In this document: positions 50,140 through 64,000 of the stretch, one piece after another
How positions within the stretch are numbered: the stretch's first letter is position 1
How the letters are laid out: each line of letters begins with the position of its first letter
Origin: Microthyrium microscopicum
Lineage: Eukaryota
NCBI GenBank assembly: GCA_010405405.1
Contig: MU004232.1
Span: 131,540 to 195,539 of the forward strand
Direction: 5' to 3'
Length of the DNA stretch: 64,000 nt
Made by a program: the position numbers and the translations under genes
Notes under the pieces: model-generated
Told to the model about the DNA's origin: nothing
Database searches by the model: none
What the model saw: only the letters and a program-made list of their open reading frames with translations

Positions 50140-50340
50140 ATTATTAATATATAGAAGTTTATAAAGGTTATAGTTAAGTTAGAGTAGTTTATAGAAGTAG
50201 TATAAAAAAGTTTAAAGGTTATAAAAGTTACTATTAGGTTAGAGTAATTTATAGAGGATTTATAAAGAGATTTAAAGATTATAAAAGTTATTATTAAGTT
50301 AGAGTAGTTTATAGAGGTTATATAAAAAGATTTAAAATAT
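50140..50340. repeat. 60-bp tandem repeat (at least 3 copies, 30-bp subperiod) inside the hAT element
   Basis: The lines starting at 50161, 50221 and 50281 align: ataaa.gtta.t.tta.gttagagta.tttataga.g....tataaa...g.tttaaa. Confidence 0.8.
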
Positions 50341-53300
50341 TATAAAGTTCGTTAAAGTTTAGAAAAGTATAAAAAAAAGAGAATTAAGGTTATTTAGGTA
50401 TATTATAGTAGTAATAAAGCTTTTTAAGGTAGTAAAGGTTTAGATAGTAAAAGTAAAAGGAACTTAGAGATTTTAAAGAAGTAAAAAGAGTTAAAGAAAG
50501 AAGAATAAATAAATCTTTTAAAAATATAAAAAGTAAGCTTATTACTTATTAAAAATTATTTTTTAATATTCTTTTATAAGAAGAGAATATTTAGAGTATT
50601 AAACTAGTATAATTTAAAACTTTAAAAGCTTAACTAATTAAAAAGAATAAAATAATAAAGAAGAGTAAATAATAGTAAAGCTAACTTAAAATAATAAGAA
50701 TATTATAATCTAGTATTAAAATTAATATATTTTAGAAAGTATTATTTAGAAGACTATATATATATACTACTTTATATTACTTATATACTTTAACTTCTTT
50801 TATATACTTTCTTTTAATTAATAATAATAATTCTTATACTTTTTTTATTAGTCTTAGTTTTAGTTTTTTAGCCTAATTAATACTTATTTAACTTTCTAAA
50901 ACTTTATTCTTTTAGTATAAGTACTAAGGAGCTTATAAATTAATTATTTTAAAATTCTTACGTAATTAAGAATTATACTTATTATATTAATCTTAATAGC
51001 TACGTTATAGAATATAATTACCTTAAAAAGAATAATAATACCTATATTAATTATAAAAATAATAAAAAATATAAGACTATAGAATATTAAGAAGCTTTTA
51101 AAGACTAACGTATTACTATTCTTACTATTTATATAAGACTTTTTAGATAAAAGTAGTATATACTTTTTTATTATTAAATTTTCTTTATTAATTTCTCTTA
51201 GTATTAATATTAGTAAATTTATAGAATTACTTAGTTAGAAACCTAAGCGTACTACTTATTAAATTAGACTATATTTTACTATTATTACTTTATTAGCTTA
51301 TTATTAAGAATTAATAAAAATAAAGTATAAGAAGTCTAAGTAGCATAATATATATATTAATATTAATAAAAGCGTTACTTATAATTATAATATTATTATT
51401 AGCTATATTATTTTTAAGAAGACTTCTTAAATTACTTTTAATCTAAAATTTTATTAACTCTTCTATAAGTATAGTTACTAAGAGTATAATTTATAAATTT
51501 TATTTTTCTTTTAAGTTAACTTTACTTATAGATAGTAAGAAGCTATTTATAACGTTTTCTTTATTAGTTATATTATTAGAGATTTAGCTAATAAGGAAAC
51601 TAGCCTTATTAAAGACTATTACTATTTTTAGATTCTTATTTTTATAAAAACTCTTAATATAAGTTTTTTATATTTAATATATATAAATTTAATTAATATT
51701 ATATAAGAAACACTTTTTAGACTTTACTAAATTACGTACTATAAAGAATTAGAAGAAGGATTAAGAGTTAGTAGACTTTAACTATAAATATTAGCTATTA
51801 ACTTATATTTAGAAGAAACTTTTAAAATTATTTTATAAAGTAATTATAAAATATAATAAAGCTAATATTAAAATTAATACTAATAAATTTTTAGACTTAT
51901 TATAAATATAGTAGTTACTCTTTTAGTACTAGTCTTATTTTTATTAAAATAAAGTAAGAAGTAATTATAAATTTAATAACTTAGTATTCTAATTTTTAAG
52001 AAAAGATACTATTTAATAAGGCAATTTAGGAGATAAAGGATTAAGAAGTTTAAGAGACTAATAGTTTATTTACTTTAAAGCTTTAGAAAGAGGCTTAGAA
52101 ATTAGTATAAAAGATATTAATAAAGTTTAAAAAGTTAGTAGTAGAGATTTACTTATATTTAGCTTTAAGTATAAAATTCTTTCTAGTTTTTTTAGTAGAT
52201 ATAAGTTAATTTATTATAACTAATACTTAATTTAGATAGAATAAGAATACTTATTAATTAGTATTAGCTTTAGTTAGAGTTCTAAGAAATAATATTTTTT
52301 TAATAAAGTATAATTAAATATTAATTAAAAAATAAGATTATAAATATAGTACTATTTAAAGTATTAAAATACTAAAATAGAACTATTTATTCTAACTTAT
52401 ATAAATCTAACTTACTATTTTTAACTTTATAATCCTAATATAATAAGTAGTTAAGCTCTAATATAAATAGTTATATTTTCTAATTATTTATTATTAGCTT
52501 TAATTAAAGACGCTAGTTCTATTTTAAAAGCTAAGATCTTTAATTTATAAGCTATATTATAAATTTATACTACTCTTATTAGCTATAAGTCTTTAACTTA
52601 TTACTATAAGTTTCTTTTATATAGTTAGATTAATAAGATAGAAATATAATAATTTCTTTTATAACTTCTTAAGCTACTTTTTTATTTTATAGACTTTTTT
52701 CTTATATTTTAAATATCTATTTATTAAGAGATTACTTTAAAAACGTATTAGTATAAATAACTTAGTTTAAATCTAAGCTTTTAGTTATTTAAGAAAAAGA
52801 GTATATATAAATAGTATTAGTAGTAAGTAATAATTAAGCCTAAAAAGAATTATTTTATAAATATAATAAAATCTTTATTATAACTTAAATATAGTATTAA
52901 TAATAAGTTAGTATTAGTAAAGTTAACTTAATAGTTTATAAAACTTTTAATATAATATAAATAAATATTTCTTTAAAATATAGAATATTAGTAGTTTATT
53001 AATTATATATTTTTTTCTTTATTACTAATATTATTATTTATAAGGAATATTAGCAAAAAAAATAACTTAAATAATAATATTTATTTAATAATACTAGAGA
53101 TATATAAAGAATAAGAATAAAAAGTTATAAAATAGATAATAAGAGTTTTATAGTTTATTTTTATTAGTAAAGAAAAGGTAGATAGAGAGAGGATAAAAAG
53201 ATAAGATTATAAATAAATAAAAAGAAAGTAATAAAGATAGGCGTAGAGATTATAAAGAATTTAAGATTAAAAGAGAAATTCTAAGGAGTAAATAAATAAA

Positions 53301-55099
53301 GTTAAGAAGAATATAGTTACGTTAAAATAATAAAATAAGCTAGAGTAATATAATAAAAATTAATAAAGTATAGATTATATAGTAATTAATTAAAAGGAGT
53401 AAATAACTTAATAGAGTAAGTTATAAAATAATTTATAGCTTATAATAAATAAAAATATTTAGAATATTAGCTTTTAACTTAGTAAAACTTAGTTTAAACT
53501 AATAAGAAAAGAATACTATAATAAATAAATATTTTAGAAGGTAGAAGCTATAATAAACTTCTTAGATTTTAATTAATATTTTTATAACTTTTTAAAACTT
53601 AGCCTTAATAGTAGCTTAATATTAGTATAAAGTTTAGTACGCTTTAATTATAAAATGCTAGTCTTAATAAGTTTTATTATTTCTAACTTCTTATAATAAA
53701 TTATTTATATATTATTACTAAATATAATTATACTTTAAGACTATAACTCTAAACTCTTTAAGTCTATATAACTTTTTAATCTTTATAAGTTTATTTAAGT
53801 TATAATATTAACTTTACTTTTTACTTTAAATTTTACTTATTATTATTTTTTTATCTTTTTTTCTTTACTAAATTTTTAGTAGTATTTATATTTATTTTAC
53901 TATTCTTTTAAGTAGTAAATCTTAAGAATAAATTATAGTAGAAGTTATCTTACTATATTAGGCAAACTCTTACTATTATAATTATATACTTTTATATAAT
54001 AAACTTTAAAAAATTTATTATAAATATTTCTAGTTAGCGTAAATAGTATAAATTTAAATTACTATAATAATAATAATATTATTTATGCTTCTTACTATTA
54101 ATATCTATACTTATTTACTTTTTAAGATTATAGTTCTAAAACTTTCTATATAAAAGCGCTATATAATCTATAAGTAGCTAATTATTATTTTTTAATAAAT
54201 ATTTTAGTAATAATGCTTCTTAAATAGCTATTAATAATAGTTATAATTTTTTCTAGTAGTATAACCTTTATAATTAAAGATAATTAAGGTAAAGAGTACC
54301 TTAGTTACTTATTTTTAGCTTTATAATTATTTTTAGATTAAAATATTCTTTACTATTTAATTATTATTTAGATATAAAGATATAAGTAGGTTAATTTAGA
54401 TAGTATTTTTTATTACTATAATAAAGAAAATATAATAGAGATTAATTAGTATATTATCTTTTTAAATTAAGTATAGAGATTAATAGGCTATTAAGATATT
54501 CTTACTTTAAGGTTTAAACATTATATTAAGTAGTATAATAAAGTTAATAGTAGAAATAATTTTTAGATTTAGTACGTTTTATATAGCGTATTATAACTAC
54601 TTAAGTAGAACTAGTATTACTTTTTAGTAAATATATTAGTTAAAAAAGATAAGATAGCTAACTACTAGTAATAATTAAATTAAGTATAGATTATATAAAG
54701 AAATAACTTTATAAATCTCTAGTTTATAGAATTACTTTTAGAGAAAGAAGATTAGGTTAAGTAGTTCTAAGAAGGACTAAAAAATATAATAAATTAAGAA
54801 AAAGTTTAATAGCGTAGTAATATAAAAGGTTAAAAGAAGAAATACGTTATATTAGTTATTTCTTAAATTACTAAATTAGTTAAATTAGCGTAATTAAGAA
54901 GTAGATAATTAAAATATAGAGTATAATTAATTAATATTAAAAGAGAAGGAAAGATAAATAAAAGTTTCTATAAATAGTATTATAAGATAATATAAATAGT
55001 ACTAGATTTCTAATTAATACTTTTTTAATTTACTAATTTTATTTCTTTAGAACTTTAGGTTTTTTTAATAAAGTTAACGCTACCTTAAATTATATTTTT

Positions 55100-58000
55100 T
55101 TTTACTTTTACTTCTAATTCCTTTATATTTAGAGCTAGCTTAATAACTTCCTTCTTATTATTATAATCTACTATTTAAGATAGAGGTACTATTACTAATA
55201 GTATTATCTTAAATTCTCCTATTAGCATATTACCTTTTAGCCTATTAGTACCTATCTCTCCTATTTTTAGTATAATATTTAAAGTATTAGAAGAATTTAG
55301 TAATTAAGGAAAAAAGGTATATTTATAGAGTAAGGATACTAATAATTATTTTTAGACTTAGTAGCAAATTATATTTTAATTTACTATTAATTAAGAAAAG
55401 CTAATTTCTATATAAATAGATTCTTATTAGTATAGTAGGAAAAAAAGCCTTATTTAGAATAGTATATAAGTAGGTACTTTTAAGTTTATTAGCTAGCTTT
55501 GTTATTACTATATTTATTATTATAAGTTCTTTAAATACTACTACCTTTATAAAGATAATACTAGTACCTTTCTTATTAAGTAAGGATTACTTAATAAGTA
55601 TATTACTTTTTAGAATTATAATAATATTATTATAGCTAAAGGTAATAAAGATTAGATTATACTTAATTAAATAAAATTAATTATAACTTTAGTATATTTA
55701 ATTCCTATTACGTTATATTATTATTAATTATAATATTTATAGATATATAACGTAAAGCTTAAGGCTACCTATAGCTTTAATAAGTATAAGATTATATTAT
55801 AAGATTTTTTTATTTTATAAGCACGTTTAATTATAGCTAAGGGTCTTTTTCTTAGTATATTTAAATTATAATTTATATAGTAAGTTATTAACTACTATAT
55901 ATTATTAAGTATTTAACCTTAATTTATTTTATAGAAAACTATTACTTTAGAAGTTATAAAATAAGTTATAATTAATCTTATAAAGTTAAGAAAGGAGTTT
56001 ATTTAGCTAAGTAATAATATATATATTAATATTTAGTTAGATAAGTAATCTTTAAATTTTACTTATAAAGAGTACTTAGCTATTATTAGATAATAGATTA
56101 CTTTATAATAAGAATAAAAGAAGAGGCTTCTTAGCTTTCTTTTTATTATTAGAAAGTCTATAGGTAAGACTTATACTAAATTTATAAGTAATATATTTAA
56201 TTAATATAGCATTATTAAGAAGATTTATTTTATTATAGTTAATAATACTAGTAATAATAAGATAATAGTACTTATATTAAATATATATTAATACTTTAAG
56301 CGTACTATAAATATTATTTAAGTTTTTTATATATCTTATATTATTTAATTAATATAAAGCACTTTACTTTCTTATCTTAGCTATAAGTCTATAAATAAAG
56401 AAATTAAATAAGTATTTATTAAAGAAGATATTTTAAAGGAGAGGAAACTTACTATAAAATATAGCTTAGTCGCTTTTACTTTATATAAAGTAAGTTAGTT
56501 CTTATTTTTAGTAAGTTAAAAAAGTATTAATTAGAATAACTAATACGATTTAAGCTTATAGTATTATTAAGTATATTAGCTTCTTTAAACTATATCTCTT
56601 TAGGTTTTTTGCTTACTTAGCTAGTTTTTATTTTAATAAATTCTAAATATCTAATTTATATTCTATTAATAAATATTAGAATAACCTTAATCCTTATAGT
56701 AACCTTTAGCTAATCTAAGATATTAAAATATATTAGGACTTAATAATAATAATAGAACTTTATCTTTAAATTATTAAGATGCTTCTTATATACTTCTTTA
56801 TTATTAAAGCTTATAAAGTTAGAAAAAAGAAGAATTAGTAATAGATAAGGATTTTTATATTATTTAATATAGAATAGGCTAATATTAAGTATTTAGTTTA
56901 GCTTACTACTCTATTTAATACTATAATTTAGATTCTTAATAGATCTAAGGCTCTATTTATTTATAAGGTCTTCTTATACTTTTAAAAGCTCTTTTAATAT
57001 ATTAACGATAAGAAGGCTATTTTAGGTAAATATATATTAGTAAGTACTTAACTATATTAGTAGAGTAAACTTTAGTTTAGTTTAAAAGAGGCTTAAGAGA
57101 AATTATAAGTATATTTTAACTTAATATAAATTAATATTTAACTATAGTATATTTATACTTTTAGTTAGTTATTATCTTCTTATATAGCTAAGTTTACTTT
57201 TACTAACCCTTAGTAAAAAGACTACCTTAGTTTAAATAGTTTATCTTAGCGTAACGTAATAATTAAAGACCTTTATAAAGTTTAGCTTAAAAAGTATAGT
57301 AATTTAAATACTTAATTTAATAATATAGAACTAATTATAGATAATAATAATATTATAATAGATAATAGCCTAATTAGCTTATTTTTATCTAATAAGTTTA
57401 TATAATACTTTAAAAGTAGTATATCTTTATTATTATATTATTTATAATTTACTAATATAATAATAGTATTTATAAAGAATAATAATCTTCTCCTTACGTA
57501 GAAAGAAAATAATAATTTAAACCTTTACTTAATAATAGCTTATATAGTATATAATTATCTTTATATATTAGCTACTAAAGTTAGAGTAGAACGTATTTTT
57601 TTTATTACTTATAACTAATTTAAATATAATTATTTCTACTCTCTTTAAATATTTTATAATCTTATACTATTATAAGATATACTTTACTAATATAATAATA
57701 ATAAATTTATTAAATTAATAGCTAATATTTTAGACTATTAAGGTAGTTCTAATAAGATTAAAGTAAAGGTTAGTATACGTAAAAAATATATTAATATAAT
57801 TATAAAATAACTTATAAATACCCTACTTAATTATATTTATTTTAGTAATTTTAATATTATATACTATTAGATATTTAATTATATAACTTATTATAAAGAT
57901 TTAGATAGGTTATTTATTATTTTTAATAGGAAAGATAATTTAGATAATTTAAGTAAGAATAATAATATTTTAAATAAGAACGTAAATAAGACTAATAAAA

Positions 58001-58350
58001 ATAGTTTTAATAATAAAAATAATACTAGTTTTAGGTTTACTAAAGAAGAAGAAAACTTTAAGAATATTAGTATTAGTAGATCTATAGGCTTAGAGACTTC
58101 TTTTAAATTCTATAGTATAGATTTAGATAATAGTAAGAATAGTAATAAGGTAAAGAATAGTAATACTTAAGACTCTTTTTATAGATAATTACTAAAAAAT
58201 ATTAGTAGGCTTCTATTTATAGTAGCTACTAGCAAAAGAGTTTATAAACTAATATTTAAGTCTATTTTCTAGTAGAAATTAAAGAATAAATAAAAGTAAC
58301 TACTAATAGATATAGTTTTTAGTAAGGTTAGTAAGAAGAAGAAGGTTTAA
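55100..58350 (+). pseudogene. RIP-degraded hAT transposase (5' boundary approximate)
   Basis: Dimerisation motif at about 57487-57609, an acidic-looking tail at about 57930-58060, and a KKKKV* end at about 58350. Confidence 0.65.
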
Positions 58351-59761
58351 ATTAGTTATTAAGGTTTTAGTAGTAGTAGTTAGTTAATATATAGTTTAAT
58401 CTATATACTATACTAAATATTCTAATTAATACTTTTCTAACTCTTTAATTTATATACTAGATTATTTTTATTTACTTAGCTTTTATTAATTATATTAGGT
58501 ATAGTAACCCTTTTTTTATAATTTAAATAAGTTACGTACTAAATAAACTTTACTTAATAGGTTTCTAATTTAGGTTCTTTAGGTTCCTTAGGTCTAATTT
58601 ATAATAATTTTATCTTACTTAGGTTAGGTATAGGTTTTATAAAATATTTTTAAAACCTAACCTAACGCTAAGAACCTATATATATTAAGTTAACCCTAAT
58701 AGGTTACCTAACCTATGCCCTAACATACTTAGATGTAATCCTTGCTCCAATCCATGGCCTATCGTGTCTTCTGAATAGCGCTTTAACAACAACATGTCCA
58801 GGTACCGCGCACTTGCCCAGAAAGGCAGGTCTCTCTACTAACTATTGGGTCAAGTTCACTCTTATATCCACCTAGTATTTAACGTTGCAATCGATTACAG
58901 ACTGGTATTTCGTTTGTATTCGATCAAGTTGTTAACAGAATCAACCTATACGATAGCGACAGCAATAGCGAGTCAAGATGCTTGCAACTCAAATTCACGC
59001 TCGCCGAATTTCGATTCTCAAACGAACAACTTGCCCCCTAACAACTCGACATATACAAAAAGCGCTGTACAAGAACTATATCATTGCTACTCACTGGCTT
59101 TTCTCAGACACGTCCACAGGTGATCAGCTGCAGTGCTTCAACCTTTAGTGCGGACAACGTAACTTTGGCCTTAACCTTCATATTTTGTACTACATGATGT
59201 TAAGCTATCACAAAGAGGCATTAGGGTAAGTCATTCTGCCGTCTCTCATCTTTCACAGTGGGCAGTCTTCCTGTAGGGCTCATCTTATACCTGTCTCACC
59301 TGCAGTCTATTGGTGACCACAATAGAAATCAGTCAAGCTCTGAAACATCCCAGTAGAAGGCCAAACCGTACTCCTTTGTAGTTACCGGGTAATAGGAAAG
59401 ATCATGAATAAGTACCTATATAGGACGAATTTTCAAAGGTTAGGTTGGCCATGGAGGTAGTTATACAAACAGGCAAACTCACAAGTTGATGTTCACAAGC
59501 CCATAAGGATCAGATCGACCAAATTTGATTTGAATAGATGAATTAAGCCCGCACCGCAACCAGTACCTGCGCAGCATTAGATTAACTTCCCAATTAAATC
59601 GAACATGACTGGGCGTTTGCACAGTATCACCAACCTTGGCCAACCAACTTTACTCAACATTTCGCAACCACACATCCGGAGAACCTTCAATACATTCAGT
59701 GTCCCACAGGACACTAAAACCCGCCGATCGAAGCTTGTTACGAACAATTGCGCCTCTCGCG

Positions 59762-61998
59762 ATGCTCCCACGGTCGTTTCTGGCCGCTGTCGCCAGTGCG
59801 CTGTTCGCGCAAACTGGACATGCTACTCGCCTTATCGAATCCTCGTCGTTGGTGCCATGCATGAAGAACTCGAGTTTCTCTGCCAACATGTTCCATGTTG
59901 TGTTCACGGCAGATAACTCGACCCTTACATATGAGATCAATGGCGAATCCCACGTGTCTAGCAAAATCATTCTAGACGTCAATGTTGTTGGCTATGGCTA
60001 TCCGGTGGTACAAATCAAGGTAGATCCGTGCGAATCTGCAGATTTGAAAGGATTATGTCCGATGATATCTGGGCCAATACCAGATATGAAGTCCAATTTC
60101 ATTCTGGATAAGAAGGCTCTTGCTTCAAGAGTTCCAAGTAGGTCATAAGCAAAGTTCACAGGCAAGTTGATGATGCTAATTTGTAAGGCATTGTTTATTA
60201 TATACCCGACCTGGACGGCAAAGTCAAAGTCTGGATCAATTCGACGGAAACAGCGGACAGAACACCTCTGGCTTGCGTCGAAGCGGAAATAAGCAATGGA
60301 AAGACAGTCAATCAAGCAGGAGTTGCCTGGTCTCTTGCTCTCACTATTGGACTATGTCTGGTAATCTCTGGATTGATGTCTGGTTTCGGGCATTTCACGA
60401 CCTCTGCCCACGTTGCGGCAAAGAGTCTTGCGGTGATGGCCTATTTCCAGGCGCAAGCTCTCATAGGTACGTCGAGGACATTACTCAATGCAACCTTAGC
60501 TGACCACCTATAGGAATGACTTCAATTCCAATGCCCCCGATCGTACGCGCCTGGACCCAAGATTTCCAATGGAGCATGGGAATTGTGAGAGCAGACTTCC
60601 AGCAACAATTTGCAACATGGTATCAACGAGCAACAGGTGGAAATCCTGCAAGATTACTTGGACAATTGGCTACGACTTCAGTCAGTCTACAAAAGAGATC
60701 TAACGAAAAGAGCGGAAATTTGAAAATCAAGACACTCAGAGGCATTGAAAGAGTCAGCTTTGTTGCAAAGATCGAGATCACCAACACCTTCTTCACGGCT
60801 TATACATTTTTCGTATTCGTTATTGTGCTTGTTGCACTGAGTATAGCTGCCTTCAAGGGCATCTGCGAGCTTCTCACCAGAGCGCGGAAGATGGACCCTT
60901 CGCGATTCGCAGAGTTTAGAGCTGGTTGGAGACTGGTGGTCAAAGGAATTCTTCTTCGCCTGGTATGTCTATCAGAAAGCTGAAGATCAAGGTACTAACA
61001 CCTTATAGATTCTGATCGGATGTACCCCAATGATCGTCCTCTGTCTCTGGGAACTCACCCGCCGAGACTCCGTCGCAGAAGTCGTCCTCGCCATATTCAT
61101 GCTTCTCTTCGTAATCACCCTTCTCACCATCGCCTCTCTAAAAATCTGGAGAATCGCCCGCCGATCCGAGCAACTACACAAGTCACCCGCCTACATGCTA
61201 TACTCCGATCCCACAATGCTTCAAAAATGGGGCTTCCTCTACATCCAATACAAAGCAACCATGACCCCCTTCATGCTCGTCGTCCTAATCCACGCACTAA
61301 TCCGCGGCGCCTTCGTCGCTTTGGCCCAACGAAGCGGCTACACCCAAGCCATCGCCCTATTTATCCTCGAACTCGCACTCCTGATCGCCGTCTGCGTGGT
61401 AAAGCCATACATGGACAAAGTAACCAACACATTCAACATATCAATCGCCGCCATAAACTTCTTCAACTGTCTCCTACTCCTCCTACTATCCGGCATATTT
61501 GGTCTCCCGCCACTAGCAATCGGCATTCTGGGTGTTCTCTACTTTGTCATCAACGCCATCTTCGCCGGCACAATCGTGATAATGACGATCATAACCGCCG
61601 CCCGCGCCATCATCTCCAAAGACCCCGACAGCCAATACCAAGCGATGCCCGACGACCGCGTGTCGTTCGTAAAGAGCAGCACCGCACTCGAAACAACCGA
61701 ACTCGAAGCACTCGGCAAAACCGCCAGGGGCGAATCGCGCCAAAGTTTCTACAACTCGCTCAACGCAGACTCACGCCAGAATTTGACCTCACGGCATCCA
61801 GCTAGCAGAAATGCGAGTAGGACAGGATTTTATGCGCCAGATGGACGGTTCCAGAGCCAGCCGACAGGTTTCGCAGCGGATGACAATGAAAGTAGGCAGA
61901 GACAGGTGAAGAAGTATGAAGCTGATTGGCGGCCGTTTGGAAGTGAGCCGAATGTTAGTAGTGCGGCGAAGATCAGGGATATGAATGGGCGGTATTGA
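59762..61998 (+). CDS. TRP-like / FLC (flavin carrier, Pkd2-like) membrane protein with an ML-like N-terminal domain
   Basis: Signal peptide, IESSSLVPCM.NSSFSA, YIPDLD, LACVEA, YFQAQALIG|MTS..MPPIVRAWTQDFQWSMG, LRGIERV, WGFLYIQYK and KPYMDK.TN. Three introns. Confidence 0.9.
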
Positions 61999-62663
61999 GC
62001 TCAGTGAACTGAAATGTCACGGCCGATCATATAAGGTGGAATGGGATGGGAATGTGAATATTATGGAGTTGGGTCTTTGGGCTGCATTGTGTATATTATG
62101 GCTGTCAATGGGGAATAAGTGTAAACTTAATGCATAGGGCACTGGGAGTTCATTTGAATACGCATGAATATGAAGCGTTCTTGCCGCTTATTTCCTGATA
62201 ATTGCATAGTAGTGTCTTCCACAATCTGCTGGTTCTTCATGGCCACACTTGACTGGAGCTATACAATGGAACGCCCAGCAATATAAATAGACGGTTAATC
62301 ATACCTGTCTTCCTGCTAGACTTTCGTTAGAGGTACCCACTGTCTCAATATCTTGACCTAGGAACTTGGCCACCAAAGAGTAATCATCTAATCATCATCA
62401 TCCTCAGCATCGACTTCAGACTCGCCAAGTTCAATACCCGTGAACTTTTGCTCCAGATCCAACGGATGGACAAGACGACCGGTAGCATTCTCGAAAGCCG
62501 TCGCAATAGTTTCCCACAAGTCATTGAGGGAGAACTTGATGATTTCGCGAAGTAGTTTGATCTATGAATTATGAGCATCTGATCATAGTAATCATATGAG
62601 GTTAGCTACGAACCTCATTACGACTTAGATGTCGGTCAGGCTCAGGATATGGAATGCGGACAT

Positions 62664-63789
62664 TCATCTCGCGAGGTTTTTTGCCTTGTTTGTTGTTCTG
62701 CTATTGAAGTGATTAGATAGACCAGCTTCAGTGCCTGTGACAGTGTCATACCTTTTGCGAATCGTTATTCTGTTGATTGCCAGACTTATCCTTCTTCCCC
62801 TGATTCTCCTTTCCCTTCTCTTCACCGTCTGGCTGCATATCCTTCCAAACCGCCTTGATGAAGGCCTCCGAACGCTTAAGTTCAGCAGCAATATCCTTCC
62901 AAGACTTATTCTGGCCCTTCAACCCAATAAGTTGAAACACCTCTTTATTCGTCAACGGCGCATCGCCAGGTCCACCTTGAATTTGACCTCCTTGAATTTG
63001 TTGATGTGTCGGAGCGCCCTGGAACTGTGGATTCTGCTTGCGCCAGAGGTAAGCATATGGACAGATAATCAAGATGTAGAAAAACGAAAAGAAGAGCAAA
63101 AATCTAGCAACTTCCACGAGGGGCCAATTGACGTCTGGTTGCTGATACCAGGGTAGAGGCATTGCGTCAATATTTGGTGCAGCGTTGAACGGCTTGGAGG
63201 ATTTCATGGCTTGTTCTTGCTGCAATCGAGACATTAGGGCTCCGGTGCCGCAGGAATGCAGTGATTCCGGCGCTGTATCAAGCGGTGGTTTGTACTTTAT
63301 CTGCATCGGAGTGACTGATGATAGATAGTGGGTATGGAAAGTTTCGGACGGGATCAATTGCAAGTATTTCGGGCTAGGTGCATATCTCGGGTAGTGTGCA
63401 TATGGCAGGTAGCCAAAAGGATTAAGGTGACAATGCGATGGTGTTGGGAAATGGCTTGTGGTGAGGAAATTCAACAAACTCGACGAGAGCTCCAGAGGAT
63501 CGCAACTGAGAACAAAGAATTATAACAAAGACAAAGAACTTACTATGTTTTGCTGTTTGGTTACACCACGACGAACCCAACCAATCTCATTGTTGTTTTC
63601 TTTTGGAGTTTTGCGCACTCGGGCAATTCGAAAGGGTCCAAAATAAATATCTTCCACAATGCCTTTAGACTTTGGATGTTGCTGGTTTTGCTGCTGAGCT
63701 AATTGCTGGGCCAATTGCTGGGCTTGTTGTTGCGCCTGCTGTTGCGCCAGTTGCTGCGACAGTTGCTGGGCTTCCTGTGTGTTCACCAT
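62664..63789 (-). CDS. Uncertain locus: Q-rich N-terminal exon and a downstream Myb/HTH-like segment; exon structure unresolved
   Basis: MVNTQEAQQLSQQLAQQQ.. followed by a GTAAGT donor at about 63543. Downstream lies LTNKEVFQLIGLKGQNKSWKDIAAELKRS..IKAVWK. I could not join these confidently. Confidence 0.4.
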
Positions 63790-64000
63790 CTTGTCGTTGA
63801 TTTTGGGAGAGTTGTTTGGTGGAGAATATGGAGGATATGGAGAAAATAGTGTGATCTAGGAGCTTGCAAGAGTCCTGGAGCATATCAAGTATCGGAACGT
63901 TGTTCCATGATGTATAGATTGCTTTGGAAGGCAAGTGCTTTCTTGAGGTTCGAATGTTGTCACTGGGAGCCTTGAGGCCAGCTTGGACTGCCCATAACAA

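Larger units (their letters stand above)
49165..58728 (+). mobile_element. RIP-inactivated hAT-family DNA transposon (9.6 kb) with TIRs and extra internal sequence
   Basis: Left TIR gtatgctagggcatgggttgggt versus the reverse complement of the right end, gtatgttagggcataggttaggt. Subterminal GGGTT/AACCC arrays at both ends. Flanks are ctggat(gta) and ttagat(gta). De-RIPped 57487-57609 reads W.E....YP.MA.MARDYLCIPATEVGVERIFSIA, the hAT dimerisation domain. Confidence 0.85.

Noticed and set aside
50140..50340. CRISPR-like array
   Set aside because: Eukaryotic context and contiguous tandem units with no unique spacers.
49165..58728. Starship or other giant element
   Set aside because: The element is only 9.6 kb, has TIRs and a hAT dimerisation motif, and I saw no tyrosine-recombinase captain.

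Overview
This is a 64 kb window of a filamentous ascomycete genome with short GT-AG introns and RIP-mutated repeats; a Dothideomycete-like origin is inferred, not proven. It holds about 18 protein-coding loci. These are a divergent pair of HET-domain genes (one with a premature TAG), a Cys-rich secreted protein, YAT1, RAD57, a HeLo-like/EH-domain gene, URA2, MAU2/Scc4, a metallophosphoesterase, a 3-exon CENP-W gene absent from the ORF track, an amino-acid permease, a Zn2Cys6 TF, a TAP-like peptidase, a kinase-like gene, peroxisomal Lon, a class II hydrophobin, a TRP/FLC-family membrane protein and an uncertain locus at the right end. Two AT-rich RIP-destroyed blocks can be decoded by hand. One is a 6.7 kb L1/Tx1-type LINE with a perfect 16-bp TSD (28783-35485). 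The other is a 9.6 kb hAT element with TIRs and about 6 kb of unidentified sequence (49165-58728). The top observations are a URA2 lacking the whole pseudo-dihydroorotase domain, and a HeLo-like protein with two 21-aa repeats spaced like the HET-s prion domain and fused to EH domains. All family calls come from motif recognition by eye; no searches were run.
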